Assembly: GCA_964416765.1 (NCBI GenBank)
Contig: CAYQEU010000001.1
Span: 276,480-340,479 of the forward strand
DNA length: 64,000 bases
From: an uncultured Candidatus Saccharibacteria bacterium
GTDB lineage: Bacteria > Patescibacteriota > Doudnabacteria > UBA920
Direction of reading: 5' to 3'
The notes beneath the pieces were generated by a model. The model was not told the origin of the DNA. It saw only the letters and a list, made by a program, of their open reading frames with translations, and ran no database searches. Positions within the stretch are counted from its first letter, which is position 1, and each line of letters begins with the position of its first letter. Below, one piece after another: positions 7,169 to 17,047 of this stretch. The position numbers and the translations under genes are program-made.

Positions 7169-8356
7169 ATGAAGAAACTTTCGCTTATATTTACAGGGGG
7201 TTTCCTGGCCTTGGCCGCGCTGGCTTTTGGCCTCGTGGGACCGGCCCAAGCCGCTGATTTTTTGGCGCCGAGCGGAAATGACGGCAATTTGACCGTCAGT
7301 AGTTCTGAGACCCACCACAACCTATATGTGGCTGGGGGAAACGTCGCGGTCAACAGCCATGTCACCGGCGACTTGTATGCCGCTGGCGGTTCTGTTTCCA
7401 TTGATGGCATGGTAGACCAGGACGTCACTGCGGCCGGGGGTACCGTGCTCGTGGGCGAACCGGTTAACGGCGACGTGCGCGTGGCTGGCGGACAGGTTAC
7501 CATCAACGCGCCGGTAAAGGGCGATGTTCTTGCCGCTGGCGGTACCGTGATCCTAACCGAAAAGGCGATGGTGGAAGGTGAAGTTCGCGTTTCCGGCGGC
7601 TCCGTTACCATTGAAGGCCCGGTTATGGGAGGGGTATATGTTGAAGGCGGAACCGTTAAGTTGAACAGCAAAATTGATGGTGAAGTTAAAATCCAGGCCG
7701 CGCAGTCATTTAGCGTGGGACCGAACGCCGTTATCGCGAACGAAATTTCTTACATCGGCAAAAGCGAAGCCCAAATTGACGGCAACGCCAAAGCCAACGT
7801 TAAATTCACCACGTTAGCCCAGCACCAAAAAGACAACGGCAAGCGCACCGGTTTCGTCGGATTCCTCATCGGCGGCGCTATCATAAAGTTCATTGCTTTC
7901 ATGATCGCCGGTTTGCTCTTCCTCCACTTTTTCCGCGGCCGCGCCGTGGAAGTTACCGACCTCATGTACCGCAAGACCTGGTCCAGTTTGGGTATCGGGT
8001 TTGTCCTGGCTGTAGCCATGCCGATTGCCATAATACTCTGTCTTGTAGTATTAGTGGGTTACATCGTTGGTTTCATTGCACTGGCTGCTTACGCACTCAT
8101 GGCCATGGTTGGCATGCTGCTCGCGCTCATTTTCCTGGGTGCCTGGATCATCAAGCTCATTACCAAAAAGCCGGCTTTAGTGCTGGATTGGCAGGCGTTA
8201 GCGCTGGGAACCTTGCTCTACATGCTGTTGTGGTTCGTGCCGATTGTGGGTTGGTTGGTGGAGTTCGGGTTGTTCCTCATTGGCTTCGGGGCTTTGGCTA
8301 CCACCCAGTGGCAGCGCATCCGTTCCGGCCACGCGCCAATGCATTCACCAGAATAA
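7169..8356 (+). CDS. Signal-peptide protein with bactofilin-like beta-helix repeats and a C-terminal polytopic membrane domain.
   Basis: Repeated GD(V/L)xAAGG(T/S)V units followed by about five TM helices. Confidence 0.5.
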   Translation: MKKLSLIFTGGFLALAALAFGLVGPAQAADFLAPSGNDGNLTVSSSETHHNLYVAGGNVAVNSHVTGDLYAAGGSVSIDGMVDQDVTAAGGTVLVGEPVNGDVRVAGGQVTINAPVKGDVLAAGGTVILTEKAMVEGEVRVSGGSVTIEGPVMGGVYVEGGTVKLNSKIDGEVKIQAAQSFSVGPNAVIANEISYIGKSEAQIDGNAKANVKFTTLAQHQKDNGKRTGFVGFLIGGAIIKFIAFMIAGLLFLHFFRGRAVEVTDLMYRKTWSSLGIGFVLAVAMPIAIILCLVVLVGYIVGFIALAAYALMAMVGMLLALIFLGAWIIKLITKKPALVLDWQALALGTLLYMLLWFVPIVGWLVEFGLFLIGFGALATTQWQRIRSGHAPMHSPE

Positions 8357-8380
8357 TAATTAAATTAAACAAGAGATAAC

Positions 8381-8659
8381 ATGGGAATATTTGATAAGCT
8401 GAAAGACGTTAACGAAATGCGCAAGCAGGCCAAGCAGATGGAACTGGCTTTGGCTGGAGAGGAAGTTACCGGTCACTCATCGGGCGATAAGATCAAGATT
8501 ACGATGGACGGAAACCAAAAAGTAAAAAGCGTGGAAGTCAGTGATGACATTGTGGGCGACAGGGGAGAAGTTGCTCGGCACATCCGCGCCGCTCTGGAAG
8601 ACTTAAACAATAAGCACAAAAAGATGTTGCAGCAGAAGTTCGGCAACATGTTAATGTAA
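8381..8659 (+). CDS. YbaB/EbfC-family nucleoid-associated protein.
   Basis: 92-aa protein with the family layout: FDKLKDVNEMRKQAKQME at the N-terminus and the GDKIKITMDGNQKVKSVEVS core. Confidence 0.7.
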   Translation: MGIFDKLKDVNEMRKQAKQMELALAGEEVTGHSSGDKIKITMDGNQKVKSVEVSDDIVGDRGEVARHIRAALEDLNNKHKKMLQQKFGNMLM

Positions 8660-9081
8660 TGAGCTATGTAGTTTACGCCATCCTGTCCGCGTTTTTCGCG
8701 GCTTTAGTGGCTATTTTCGGCAAGATTGGGATCAAAGGGGTAGACAGCAACCTGGCCGTGGCCATCCGTACTCTGGTCATTGTGCTTTTCGCCTGGGCAA
8801 TTGTGTTTTTGCAGGGCAACGCGCACGACGCGTTGAAGATATCCCGTTATTCTTACGTGTTCATTATATTGTCGGCGGTGGCAACCGGCTTGTCCTGGCT
8901 GTTCTATTACAAGGCTTTGCAGCTTGGTGAAGCCGCCAAGGTGGCTCCAATAGACAAGCTGAGCATTGCCCTAACCCTGATTTTGGCATTCGCATTCCTG
9001 GGTGAAAAACCAACCCTCGGAACAGTGACAGGTGGAATTTTGGTTACCGCCGGAGTTTTGGTAACGGCTTTGGTAAAGTAA
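8659..9081 (+). CDS. EamA-like small membrane transporter.
   Basis: 140-aa protein with 4 TM helices and the EamA/DUF6 pattern. Confidence 0.6.
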   Translation: MSYVVYAILSAFFAALVAIFGKIGIKGVDSNLAVAIRTLVIVLFAWAIVFLQGNAHDALKISRYSYVFIILSAVATGLSWLFYYKALQLGEAAKVAPIDKLSIALTLILAFAFLGEKPTLGTVTGGILVTAGVLVTALVK

Positions 9082-9090
9082 CTTCTCTAT

Positions 9091-9615
9091 ATGAGCAAAA
9101 AGCTAACCGCCCTGCCTATAGTCCAGTTTGGGGACCCCGTTCTGCGCGCCGGCACCAAGCCAATGACCTTAAAGCAAATCCGCAGCAAAAAAATCCAGGA
9201 TTTAATCCCGGTGATGTTTTACACCATGAGAAACATTGGGGTGGGGCTGGCTGCGCCGCAAATTGGGTTGCCCATGCGTCTCGCGGTCATTGAAGTTAAG
9301 GACAGTATTGGTGATAGGGGAGAAGTTGATAGTTTCCCCAAAACCGTCGTTATCAACCCAAAGATTTTAAAGTATTCCAAAAAGAAGCGCCCCCGCTGGG
9401 AAGGTTGTTTGAGCCTGAAGCACGTGGCCGCGGAGGCCGTGCGGGCGGATTCGGTAACAGTGAGTTATCAGGATGAAACGGGCAAGAAGCACGTGCGGGA
9501 ATTCAGCGGCTTTACCGCCCAGGTGTTCCAGCACGAAATTGACCATCTTGACGGGACCCTTTACGTGGACCGCATCAAGGACATTAAAACGCTGATTTCT
9601 ACCAGGCGCGTATAA
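9091..9615 (+). CDS. def: Peptide deformylase.
   Basis: GVGLAAPQIG, EGCLS and HEIDHLDG motifs. Confidence 0.9.
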   Translation: MSKKLTALPIVQFGDPVLRAGTKPMTLKQIRSKKIQDLIPVMFYTMRNIGVGLAAPQIGLPMRLAVIEVKDSIGDRGEVDSFPKTVVINPKILKYSKKKRPRWEGCLSLKHVAAEAVRADSVTVSYQDETGKKHVREFSGFTAQVFQHEIDHLDGTLYVDRIKDIKTLISTRRV

Positions 9616-9733
9616 CGGCGCTTTGGTAAGTCGGCCGCGCCGAGCTAAACTACAAAACAAAAAGACGCTGGACAAACAAGGGACCAACGTCTATTTTGTT
9701 TAAATTGAGTTTCGTCTTAGGGACAGAGCCGCG

Positions 9734-10351
9734 TCAGTTTGAACTGACGAGCTTTAATCCTTCGACGAGAGGACAGTCAGGTCGCGGTTCGCTGAGCCGG
9801 GCGTGAAGAGCGGCTAGCTTGTCGCGGTGAGTGTTGATGGTAGAGGTTTCATCCGGGTGTATGGGTCGCCCGATACGGAAGTTAAGCACGAATTTGGCTA
9901 TGGGAAGCCATTCTTCGGCGTTTTTTTGCAACAGTTCTTCGAGATGGGTAATCTCTGGGGGCTTGAGTTGCTCCGTGCTTCTCGCAATGCTAAGCCTGCG
10001 AGTTTCGGAGTCGTGCTGCCGGGCGTAGTTGAGTGTCTCGCTCAACAAATCGTGAACCGGTTCCGGCAGGCGATAGGTGACATACATCACCATGCCGCCG
10101 CTGACCGCGAAACATAAGCCCAGAAGACCAACAACGTAACACAGCAGACCAAACCCGGCGGACGGATTTACCACTCGCAGGTATTGGGTGATGGACAGAG
10201 CCATAAGAATGACCCCTATTACCATCGCCGACCACAGAATTGCATCCTTCTTTTTAGTCCGGCTGCGGGACTCCAATTGGGACAGTGCTTTTTTGCACAT
10301 CCCATCCACTCTATATCTCGGGTGTTTACGCCGAGCTTTCAATTTCTTCAT
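9734..10351 (-). CDS. Hypothetical membrane protein.
   Basis: ORF with 2 TM helices. No recognised domain. Confidence 0.45.
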   Translation of the reverse strand: MKKLKARRKHPRYRVDGMCKKALSQLESRSRTKKKDAILWSAMVIGVILMALSITQYLRVVNPSAGFGLLCYVVGLLGLCFAVSGGMVMYVTYRLPEPVHDLLSETLNYARQHDSETRRLSIARSTEQLKPPEITHLEELLQKNAEEWLPIAKFVLNFRIGRPIHPDETSTINTHRDKLAALHARLSEPRPDCPLVEGLKLVSSN

Positions 10352-10446
10352 AAGTATCCCTCCAATTCTACAAATTCGATTTTCGGCCCGTAAACACTTG
10401 CTTACAATGAAAATCTTAGGTATAATTATAGCATAATTTTAACTAA

Positions 10447-11535
10447 ATGTCAATCCAGAAGAAAAACACAGTAAAGAAAAAACGAGCGTTAATAGCGCTA
10501 TCCGGCGGAATTGATTCCGCTGTTTCCGCGTATCTCCTGCAAAAGGCGGGCTATGAAGTTGAAGGCGCGTTCATGAAAAACTGGTCTTCCACGACCGGTT
10601 TGAAATATGACGAGTGCCCGTGGCTAACCGACCGGCAGGATGCTTTGCGTGTTGCCGCGTTTTTGCGCATTCCACTGCGGACCCTGGACTTTGAAAAGGA
10701 ATATAAGAAGACGGTACTGAATTATTTCTTTGAAGAGTACAAAGCCGGTCGTACCCCAAACCCGGACGTCATGTGCAACAAGGAAATTAAATTTAAGCTG
10801 TTATATGACTGGGCCATGAAGCATAAGTTTGATTACCTGGCGACCGGCCATTACGCGCAGGTTAAGGAAAGCCGCGGCAAGTTTGCTTTGGCGCGCAGCG
10901 CGGATGAGTTTAAGGATCAAACCTATTTCATATACAACATTCGGACCGACCAGCTGCCCCACGTCCTGTTCCCGATTGGCGGGATGAAGAAATCAGCCGT
11001 GCGGGCCATGGCTAAACGCCTAAAACTGCCCAACGCCAACAAGAAAGAAAGCATGGGACTTTGTTTCGTGGGACGAATTCGCCTAAAAGATTTTTTGGAG
11101 CAAAAGTTAAAGCGCAAACCCGGGCCAATTTTGGATATGGAAGGCAATAAACTGGGCAAGCACGAAGGGCTACACTACTACACTATTGGACAGCGTCAGG
11201 GAATTAAGGTGGGTGCAGGCGGCCCATATTACGTCGTAAAGAAAAAATTGGCCAGCAATACTCTTTATGTAACCAATGATCCGGAAGACAAGGCGCTGGA
11301 AGTGAAAGAACTCGAAATTCACAGTGTAAATTGGATAGCCGAACCAAAGAAATTCCCGGCCAAGCTCGCGGGCCGTTTCCGGCACCAGGGGAGCCTGGAA
11401 AAGTTAACCGTAACCAGCATTGGCAAAGGGCATTACAAAGTTGTTTTCGCGAAAACCCAGAAAGCTGTGGCCAGCGGCCAAAGCCTGGTTCTATATGATG
11501 GTAAAATTTGCGTGGGCGGCGGGGTTATAGTTTAA
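10447..11535 (+). CDS. mnmA: tRNA 2-thiouridine(34) synthase.
   Basis: SGGIDS PP-loop, CPW motif and the conserved C-terminal domains. Confidence 0.9.
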   Translation: MSIQKKNTVKKKRALIALSGGIDSAVSAYLLQKAGYEVEGAFMKNWSSTTGLKYDECPWLTDRQDALRVAAFLRIPLRTLDFEKEYKKTVLNYFFEEYKAGRTPNPDVMCNKEIKFKLLYDWAMKHKFDYLATGHYAQVKESRGKFALARSADEFKDQTYFIYNIRTDQLPHVLFPIGGMKKSAVRAMAKRLKLPNANKKESMGLCFVGRIRLKDFLEQKLKRKPGPILDMEGNKLGKHEGLHYYTIGQRQGIKVGAGGPYYVVKKKLASNTLYVTNDPEDKALEVKELEIHSVNWIAEPKKFPAKLAGRFRHQGSLEKLTVTSIGKGHYKVVFAKTQKAVASGQSLVLYDGKICVGGGVIV

Positions 11536-11639
11536 ACCCGGCGCGCTCTTTTATTTAGTTAATCCGGCGCGTAAACAAAAAACAGCCGCCCGTATGATAC
11601 AGAGCGGCTAGTCTTTGGGAAGAAAATTTGGTTATAAGA

Positions 11640-12212
11640 TTAAGCAACGAGGGCGTTGGCTGCGGTTGTCGCGGTTTGCGTGGCAGCGGACGTTCGTTTT
11701 CTGGTGGGTAGTGGGGTTGGCGTGGAGTATGATTCTCCCGCCGGCAGGGGTTGGAGTTTCTCCGGCTTGTTCAGCAGAACAACCTGGAGTTTTCGTCCAA
11801 GCAGAACTTCGTAGATCTGCTTGTTCGCGAGTACCATGGGACGGTAACCGCCCCGGTTAAGGTGCGAGCCGATGAGCGTGAGCGCTCGGCCCAGGAGTTC
11901 CGACGAGAACTTATTGGCAACCAGTTTTTGGTAATACTGGATGCTGACATCCTCAACGGTGGTTTCTTCCGTAATTTCCAGCACACGCCGGTCGGTGCGG
12001 ACCCGTTCTCCTGTCTTAACCTTGGTTTCGTTATCATATTCCGGGGTCTTAATGACCCGGTCCAACGGGACGACTAAATCGTGTCCCACTTCTTGTCTCC
12101 GTTCGACGAGGACTTCGAAGAACATTTTCGTCCCATCGGGGCTGAAAAAGAACTTCTTCTGGTCATCATCAAGGAAGACAATTCCTAGGGTGCTTTCTTC
12201 CAAGGGGATCAT
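11640..12212 (-). CDS. Hypothetical protein with a Pro/Thr-rich C-terminal tail.
   Basis: ORF only. Confidence 0.4.
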   Translation of the reverse strand: MIPLEESTLGIVFLDDDQKKFFFSPDGTKMFFEVLVERRQEVGHDLVVPLDRVIKTPEYDNETKVKTGERVRTDRRVLEITEETTVEDVSIQYYQKLVANKFSSELLGRALTLIGSHLNRGGYRPMVLANKQIYEVLLGRKLQVVLLNKPEKLQPLPAGESYSTPTPLPTRKRTSAATQTATTAANALVA

Positions 12213-12403
12213 GCTATTTACTCCTCCTGAGTAATTCTACGGGTTTTTGTTTTGGGGATATTATTTTATCGCCTGAATATAACTTGGCGTTACGTTTTAG
12301 GGCAATAATATTTATCAATACTGACAGACCAAGGGCATTAAGTCAATAAAAAATGCCGCCAGGAGTGTGGATATCCGGGCGGCATTTGAGAAAAGCCGAT
12401 GTC

Positions 12404-12829
12404 CTAGCGGGAAGTCAGGATATAGCGAGGTCGGGAATAAACGAATTCCGTGACGGGAGGACAGCGTTTTTGCAAACGGTCCAGCTGTTCCTCGTTAATC
12501 TGCCTTCGACGCAGGAGCTGATTGAGGACATTCCGGGGAATGTCCGATGGGGTCCACCACGCCTCAAGGATGAGGCATCGTTGGTCCAGGGAGCTGTAGG
12601 TGCCAAAGAGGGTATCTAAGGCCGACAGTACCCGGCAAGTCGAGCTGCTGTGGTAGTTTTCCGACCGCAGGATATCCTGGGCCGTCCACGGGGCTTCCGG
12701 ACCGAATAGGTCATGGTAAGCGACGTGGCTCTTGTGGCCAATAACGCGGACGTTATCGCCAAAATTACAATCTACCCCAGCAGTCCGGCAAACGAATTTG
12801 GGGACCTGGTGATGACGCGACTGGGCTAT
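12404..12829 (-). CDS. Hypothetical ORF of ~140 aa with no canonical start codon, downstream of hppA. Possible pseudogene or non-canonical start.
   Basis: The open frame (…HHQVPKFVCRTAGVDCNFGDNVRVIGHKSHVAYHD…) is preceded by AGGAGG and followed by a minus-strand hairpin plus T-run at 12350..12390. It has no in-frame ATG, GTG or TTG for ~130 codons and is not in the ORF track. Confidence 0.3.
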   Translation of the reverse strand: MAQSRHHQVPKFVCRTAGVDCNFGDNVRVIGHKSHVAYHDLFGPEAPWTAQDILRSENYHSSSTCRVLSALDTLFGTYSSLDQRCLILEAWWTPSDIPRNVLNQLLRRRQINEEQLDRLQKRCPPVTEFVYSRPRYILTSR

Positions 12830-12993
12830 GTGAGTTGCGGTTTTGTCCTCCTAATCTTATGGGATCGAACTAGGAAATAGAGATGGTCGTGTGACCTTTT
12901 GTTTCAGCCTTGTGGGCTAGAGTTTGCCTTCGATTGCCATCCACACATGGTTATGCAAAGACAAACCCCAACCGGATGGTTGGGGCTGAAATT

Positions 12994-15027
12994 TTACTTG
13001 ATAAATTTTACGAGCAGGAGGGCGACGATGTTGATGATCTTGATCATCGGGTTGATCGCCGGGCCCGCGGTGTCCTTGTAAGGGTCGCCTACGGTGTCGC
13101 CGGTAACGGAGGCCTTGTGCGCCTCGCTCCCTTTACCGCCGAAGTGGCCTTCTTCAATATGCTTCTTGGCGTTGTCCCAGGCCGCGCCACCGGTAGTCAT
13201 GGAGATACCGACGAACAGTCCGGTAACAATGGTGCCGACCAGCAGGCCGCCCAGAGCTTCCGCTCCGAGGGTCATGCCCACGACAATTGGGACGAGGACG
13301 GGGATTAAGGCGGGGATAATCATTTGCTTGATAGCGGCTTTGGTAACAATGTCCACGGCACGGGAGTAATCCGGGCGCGCGGTTCCTTCCATAATTCCCT
13401 TGATTTCACGGAACTGGCGGCGAACTTCTTCAACCACGGCTTTGGCGGCTTGGCCCACAGCGGACATGGCGATAGAAGCAAACAGGTAGGGGAGCAGGCC
13501 ACCAATGAGCAAGCCCACCAGAACGCGGGTATTGGTCAGGTCGAATACCGAAATATAGTGGCGGTAGTTTTCAAGTTCCTGAGTGTAAGCGGCAAACAAG
13601 ACCATGGCCGCCAAGCCGGCTGACGCGATAGCGTAACCCTTGGTTACGGCCTTAGTGGTGTTTCCAACGGCATCCAGCGGGTCGGTTACGTTGCGGACGC
13701 TGTCGCCCAGTTCAGCCATTTCAGCAATACCACCGGCGTTATCGGTGATTGGCCCGAAGGCATCAATGGCAACAATAATACCGGTGAGGGAAAGCATGCT
13801 CATAACGGACAGAGCAATACCGTAGAGGCCAGCTAAGTGGAAAGCGGCTAAGATAGCCAAAACAATAATGATTACCGGAGCGGCGGCGGATTGCATGCCA
13901 ACTGCCAAGCCCTGGATAATGTTGGTTCCGTGTCCGGTTGTGGAAGCTTCGGCAATCTTCTTAACCGGATTCCATTTGCCGGAAGTGTAGTATTCGGTAA
14001 TGACAACAATGAAAGCGGTAACTGCCAAGCCAATCAAGGAAGCCCAGTAGAGGTTCATGTAAGAGTAAAGGCCGTTGTCGCTCATGAGCCACTTGGTAAC
14101 CGGGTAGAAAGCGATAGCTGACAGTATGCCAGTTACAATCAAGCTCTTGTAGAGAGCGTTCATGATATTGTTGGTTTTGCCGAGGCGAACAAACCAGCTG
14201 CCGATAACAGTAGTAATAATAGAAGCACCACCGATAATTAACGGATAAGTGATAGCGTTAGGGTAGTTAGGGAATACGGCAGCACCGAGCAATATAACCG
14301 CAATAGCGGATACCGCGTAAGTTTCGAACAGGTCAGCAGCCATACCGGCACAGTCACCAACGTTGTCCCCAACGTTGTCGGCGATTACGCCAGGGTTGCG
14401 AGGGTCATCTTCCGGAATGCCAGCTTCGATTTTCCCAACCATGTCGGTTCCCACATCAGCACCTTTGGTAAAGATACCGCCGCCTAAACGGGCGAATACA
14501 GAAATCAAAGAAGAACCGAATGCGAGGCCAACGAGAGCAGTTAAGTCGTGGGTTAACAAGTAAAAACCTGATACTGCCAAAAGCCCGAGCCCTACTACGA
14601 AGAAACCAGTTACGGAACCGCCCTTAAAGGCAAGGCTCAGTGCCGGTTTAAGGCCTGACTTGGCAGCCTCCGCGGTGCGGACGTTGGAGCGCACGGAAAT
14701 GTTCATGCCCACGAAACCGGCCAGCGCGGAAAGGACGCTACCTACCAGGAACCCAAGAATGGTGTTTCCGGAGAAGCTCAAACCGCCGGCGTAGCGGGTT
14801 AGGTACATTAATACAATAATGATTACCGCTACCATCCCAACGGTCTTGTACTGGCGGGAAAGATAAGCTTTTGCCCCATCCTGGATGGCTTTGGCAATTT
14901 CTACCATTTTGCCCTGGCCCGCGGGTTTAGCCAGGATTTGGTAAATTAAAAAGACCCCGTATAGTAAAGCGAGGACTGCACTTCCGATTGCATACCACAG
15001 GTAGGTATCGGTGACTGAGTTTGTCAT
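12994..15027 (-). CDS. hppA: Membrane-bound proton/sodium-translocating pyrophosphatase.
   Basis: 677 aa with ~16 TM helices. [12 protein letters not shown] and [11 protein letters not shown] motifs. Confidence 0.9.
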   Translation of the reverse strand: MTNSVTDTYLWYAIGSAVLALLYGVFLIYQILAKPAGQGKMVEIAKAIQDGAKAYLSRQYKTVGMVAVIIIVLMYLTRYAGGLSFSGNTILGFLVGSVLSALAGFVGMNISVRSNVRTAEAAKSGLKPALSLAFKGGSVTGFFVVGLGLLAVSGFYLLTHDLTALVGLAFGSSLISVFARLGGGIFTKGADVGTDMVGKIEAGIPEDDPRNPGVIADNVGDNVGDCAGMAADLFETYAVSAIAVILLGAAVFPNYPNAITYPLIIGGASIITTVIGSWFVRLGKTNNIMNALYKSLIVTGILSAIAFYPVTKWLMSDNGLYSYMNLYWASLIGLAVTAFIVVITEYYTSGKWNPVKKIAEASTTGHGTNIIQGLAVGMQSAAAPVIIIVLAILAAFHLAGLYGIALSVMSMLSLTGIIVAIDAFGPITDNAGGIAEMAELGDSVRNVTDPLDAVGNTTKAVTKGYAIASAGLAAMVLFAAYTQELENYRHYISVFDLTNTRVLVGLLIGGLLPYLFASIAMSAVGQAAKAVVEEVRRQFREIKGIMEGTARPDYSRAVDIVTKAAIKQMIIPALIPVLVPIVVGMTLGAEALGGLLVGTIVTGLFVGISMTTGGAAWDNAKKHIEEGHFGGKGSEAHKASVTGDTVGDPYKDTAGPAINPMIKIINIVALLLVKFIK

Positions 15028-15111
15028 TGTCTATTTGGTTACTGTTAATACTGCTTAATTTTCTGGTATAATTATAGCGATTTAAGGGTAAAAGTCAAAA
15101 ATTAAGAATTT

Positions 15112-15300
15112 ATGAAAAGCCTGTTTAACGCTTTAAAAAGCCAGAAAAATTATGCCCTGATAGTGGGTATTTTGCTGTTCGCGGTGGGTCTGTTGGGGTT
15201 TGCCTTTCGCAGCGCCACTTCCTTGCCCCCGCTGTACCTGATAGTATTCCTCGCGCTGGGATTCTGGGGCATATTGGTGAGTTTTAATAACCAACAATAA
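15112..15300 (+). CDS. Small membrane protein (62 aa).
   Basis: Two TM helices. A tataat box lies upstream at ~15067. Confidence 0.4.
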   Translation: MKSLFNALKSQKNYALIVGILLFAVGLLGFAFRSATSLPPLYLIVFLALGFWGILVSFNNQQ

Positions 15301-15317
15301 ATTAGTGGACTTATTTT

Positions 15318-15343
15318 AAAAGCCCTCCTTTCGGAGGGCTTTA
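15318..15343. terminator. Bidirectional hairpin terminator aaagccctcc-tttcg-gagggcttt.
   Basis: Perfect 10-bp stem between convergent genes. Confidence 0.55.
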
Positions 15344-15352
15344 TAATTTTCT

Positions 15353-15907
15353 TTATTTTCCCGCGAACGCCACGCTTTGCAGAATCGATCTGAATTCAGG
15401 GATTAGGCTTTGGTCTTCTCCGGCGTCAAAAGTGAAGAAAGTTTTGCCGGTTTTGACCCCAACAACCATGTCATTGGCGTTGATTCCCTGAACGCCACCC
15501 ACGGTGGTGGTGCTTGTTTGCAATCCGGCCAACCCTACAAAATCATCCGTGGTGATGTAGATGCGGATATTGTCCTGGCCCTCGGACGGCTTTATAGAAA
15601 TGACATCAAAATTAGTTTGGTCGTAGGTCTTGATGGCCCAGTCCTGCGGATATTTGAATGAAATCAAATGGCTGTCGTCATTAAACACTTGCCAGTCATC
15701 CGTAGCCGCGGCAGGGGCGTTAAGCGGAGGGGTAATGTTGGCGTTTTTAGCCGGCGCTTTCTTGGCTACTTGCTTATGGGCTGGTACGACCGGCAACTGG
15801 ATTTCCTGCTCTACTTTTTGGCTCAAATAATAGACCGCGCCCGCCAGGCCGAGAGCAATCAGCAAGAGGACACCAAAGGACAATGTAGGTTTTGTGGCTT
15901 GGATCAT
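15353..15907 (-). CDS. Hypothetical N-terminally anchored exported protein.
   Basis: ORF with one N-terminal TM helix. Confidence 0.45.
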   Translation of the reverse strand: MIQATKPTLSFGVLLLIALGLAGAVYYLSQKVEQEIQLPVVPAHKQVAKKAPAKNANITPPLNAPAAATDDWQVFNDDSHLISFKYPQDWAIKTYDQTNFDVISIKPSEGQDNIRIYITTDDFVGLAGLQTSTTTVGGVQGINANDMVVGVKTGKTFFTFDAGEDQSLIPEFRSILQSVAFAGK

Positions 15908-16217
15908 TTGTTGAGCTGAGTATTAAAAGTTGAGTTTAGATCGGCGCCGCTGCCGCAATAATACAGGTGCTGGCTCAAGTTAACGCAAAAGCCAGGGTTT
16001 TTTTGGACGTAGGAGTACTTTGGGAGAAACCAGTACAGGAAGACGGCTAGAGCGATTAGGACGGCGTAAAAAAATATTTTAAAGAATTTTAGCACTTTTA
16101 TTTCAATATATTCGGTCCGGAACTTTCCTTAATTATATCATAGACAGGGGGGAAATCCTAACGCAACCTTGATTTTTCGCCTGTTTTCCAGTATATTATT
16201 TGGGCATTTAAATATGA

Positions 16218-16292
16218 TGGGGTGTAGCCAAGCGGTAAGGCAGAGGACTCTGAATCCTCCATGCGAAGGTTCGAATCCTTCCACCCCAGCCA
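16218..16292 (+). tRNA. tRNA-Gln (anticodon CUG).
   Basis: TGGGGTGTAGCCAAGCGGTAAGGCAGAGGACTCTGAATCCTCCATGCGAAGGTTCGAATCCTTCCACCCCAGCCA. Anticodon loop CTCTGAA. Confidence 0.85.
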
Positions 16293-16299
16293 AAAAAGC

Positions 16300-16360
16300 C
16301 CTCCTATATATTTCTTCACTAAACGGATGCACCGAATCGTTCAGAAATATATAGGAGGGT
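16300..16360 (+). terminator. Hairpin with a 17-bp stem and a conserved 27-nt loop (copy A), immediately 3' of tRNA-Gln.
   Basis: Stem ccctcctatatatttct / agaaatatataggaggg. Loop tcactaaacggatgcaccgaatcgttc. A T-rich tract follows. Confidence 0.5.
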
Positions 16361-16365
16361 TTTGT

Positions 16366-16569
16366 TTACTTAGAATATTCCAGGATGTCGCCCGGCTGGC
16401 ACTCCAGAGCCGCGCAAATTGCTTCCAGCGTGGATAGGCGGATGGCCCGGGCTTTCCCGTTCTTTAGCACGGAAATATTGGCCATGGTGATGCCAACCTT
16501 CTCGGCCAGTTCCGTGACACTCATTTTTCGCTTGGCCAGCATTACGTCAATGTTTATGATAATCGCCAT
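16366..16569 (-). CDS. XRE-family HTH transcriptional regulator.
   Basis: 67 aa. MSVTELAEKVGITMANISVLKNGK is a Cro/CI-type HTH. Confidence 0.8.
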   Translation of the reverse strand: MAIIINIDVMLAKRKMSVTELAEKVGITMANISVLKNGKARAIRLSTLEAICAALECQPGDILEYSK

Positions 16570-16573
16570 AAAA

Positions 16574-17038
16574 TTATACGGTTAAGTCGTTTTCCTGTTT
16601 GATGTCGAGCGCGTTCTGGATGAGCCGCTGGAGGACCGCCGCGAAAGTGCCAATCACAAAAGAGGCAAAAATAATAATAAGGCCGATAAGAACCACGCCG
16701 GGCGCGTCGTCCCGGTCCGCCGCGTAAAAGATGTAAGGCATCCCGAGCATAAACAATACGCTAATAGCGAACCCGCAATATTTTATTTTTTTAAACGCCT
16801 GAACCGACAGTTTGGAAAAGGGCTCGTTTTTGTCGATATATGTCAGGATCTTCCAGGATTGGAAAAGTGCCAGGAAAAATGGAATAGCTGGAATATAAAG
16901 GCCAAGCAGTATAGGGCGGTAATACCCGGTACGGTCATCCATGAGAAGGTAGGGGATACCGGCGACGCAAATTGCCAGTACCACAACCGCAATACCTACC
17001 AGGACTAATTTCAAGAATAGAGTCGAAGTGTTTTTCAT
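16574..17038 (-). CDS. DUF2975-like membrane protein, copy 1.
   Basis: 4 TM helices. Paralogous to the next gene; both end ...EN(D/E)LTV. This is the typical partner of XRE regulators. Confidence 0.55.
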   Translation of the reverse strand: MKNTSTLFLKLVLVGIAVVVLAICVAGIPYLLMDDRTGYYRPILLGLYIPAIPFFLALFQSWKILTYIDKNEPFSKLSVQAFKKIKYCGFAISVLFMLGMPYIFYAADRDDAPGVVLIGLIIIFASFVIGTFAAVLQRLIQNALDIKQENDLTV

Positions 17039-17047
17039 TATTTATCA

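Noticed and set aside
7150-7671. 173-aa minus-strand ORF antisense to the bactofilin-like gene.
   Set aside because: Pro/Thr-rich antisense artefact of the Gly/Val/Ala-repeat coding region.
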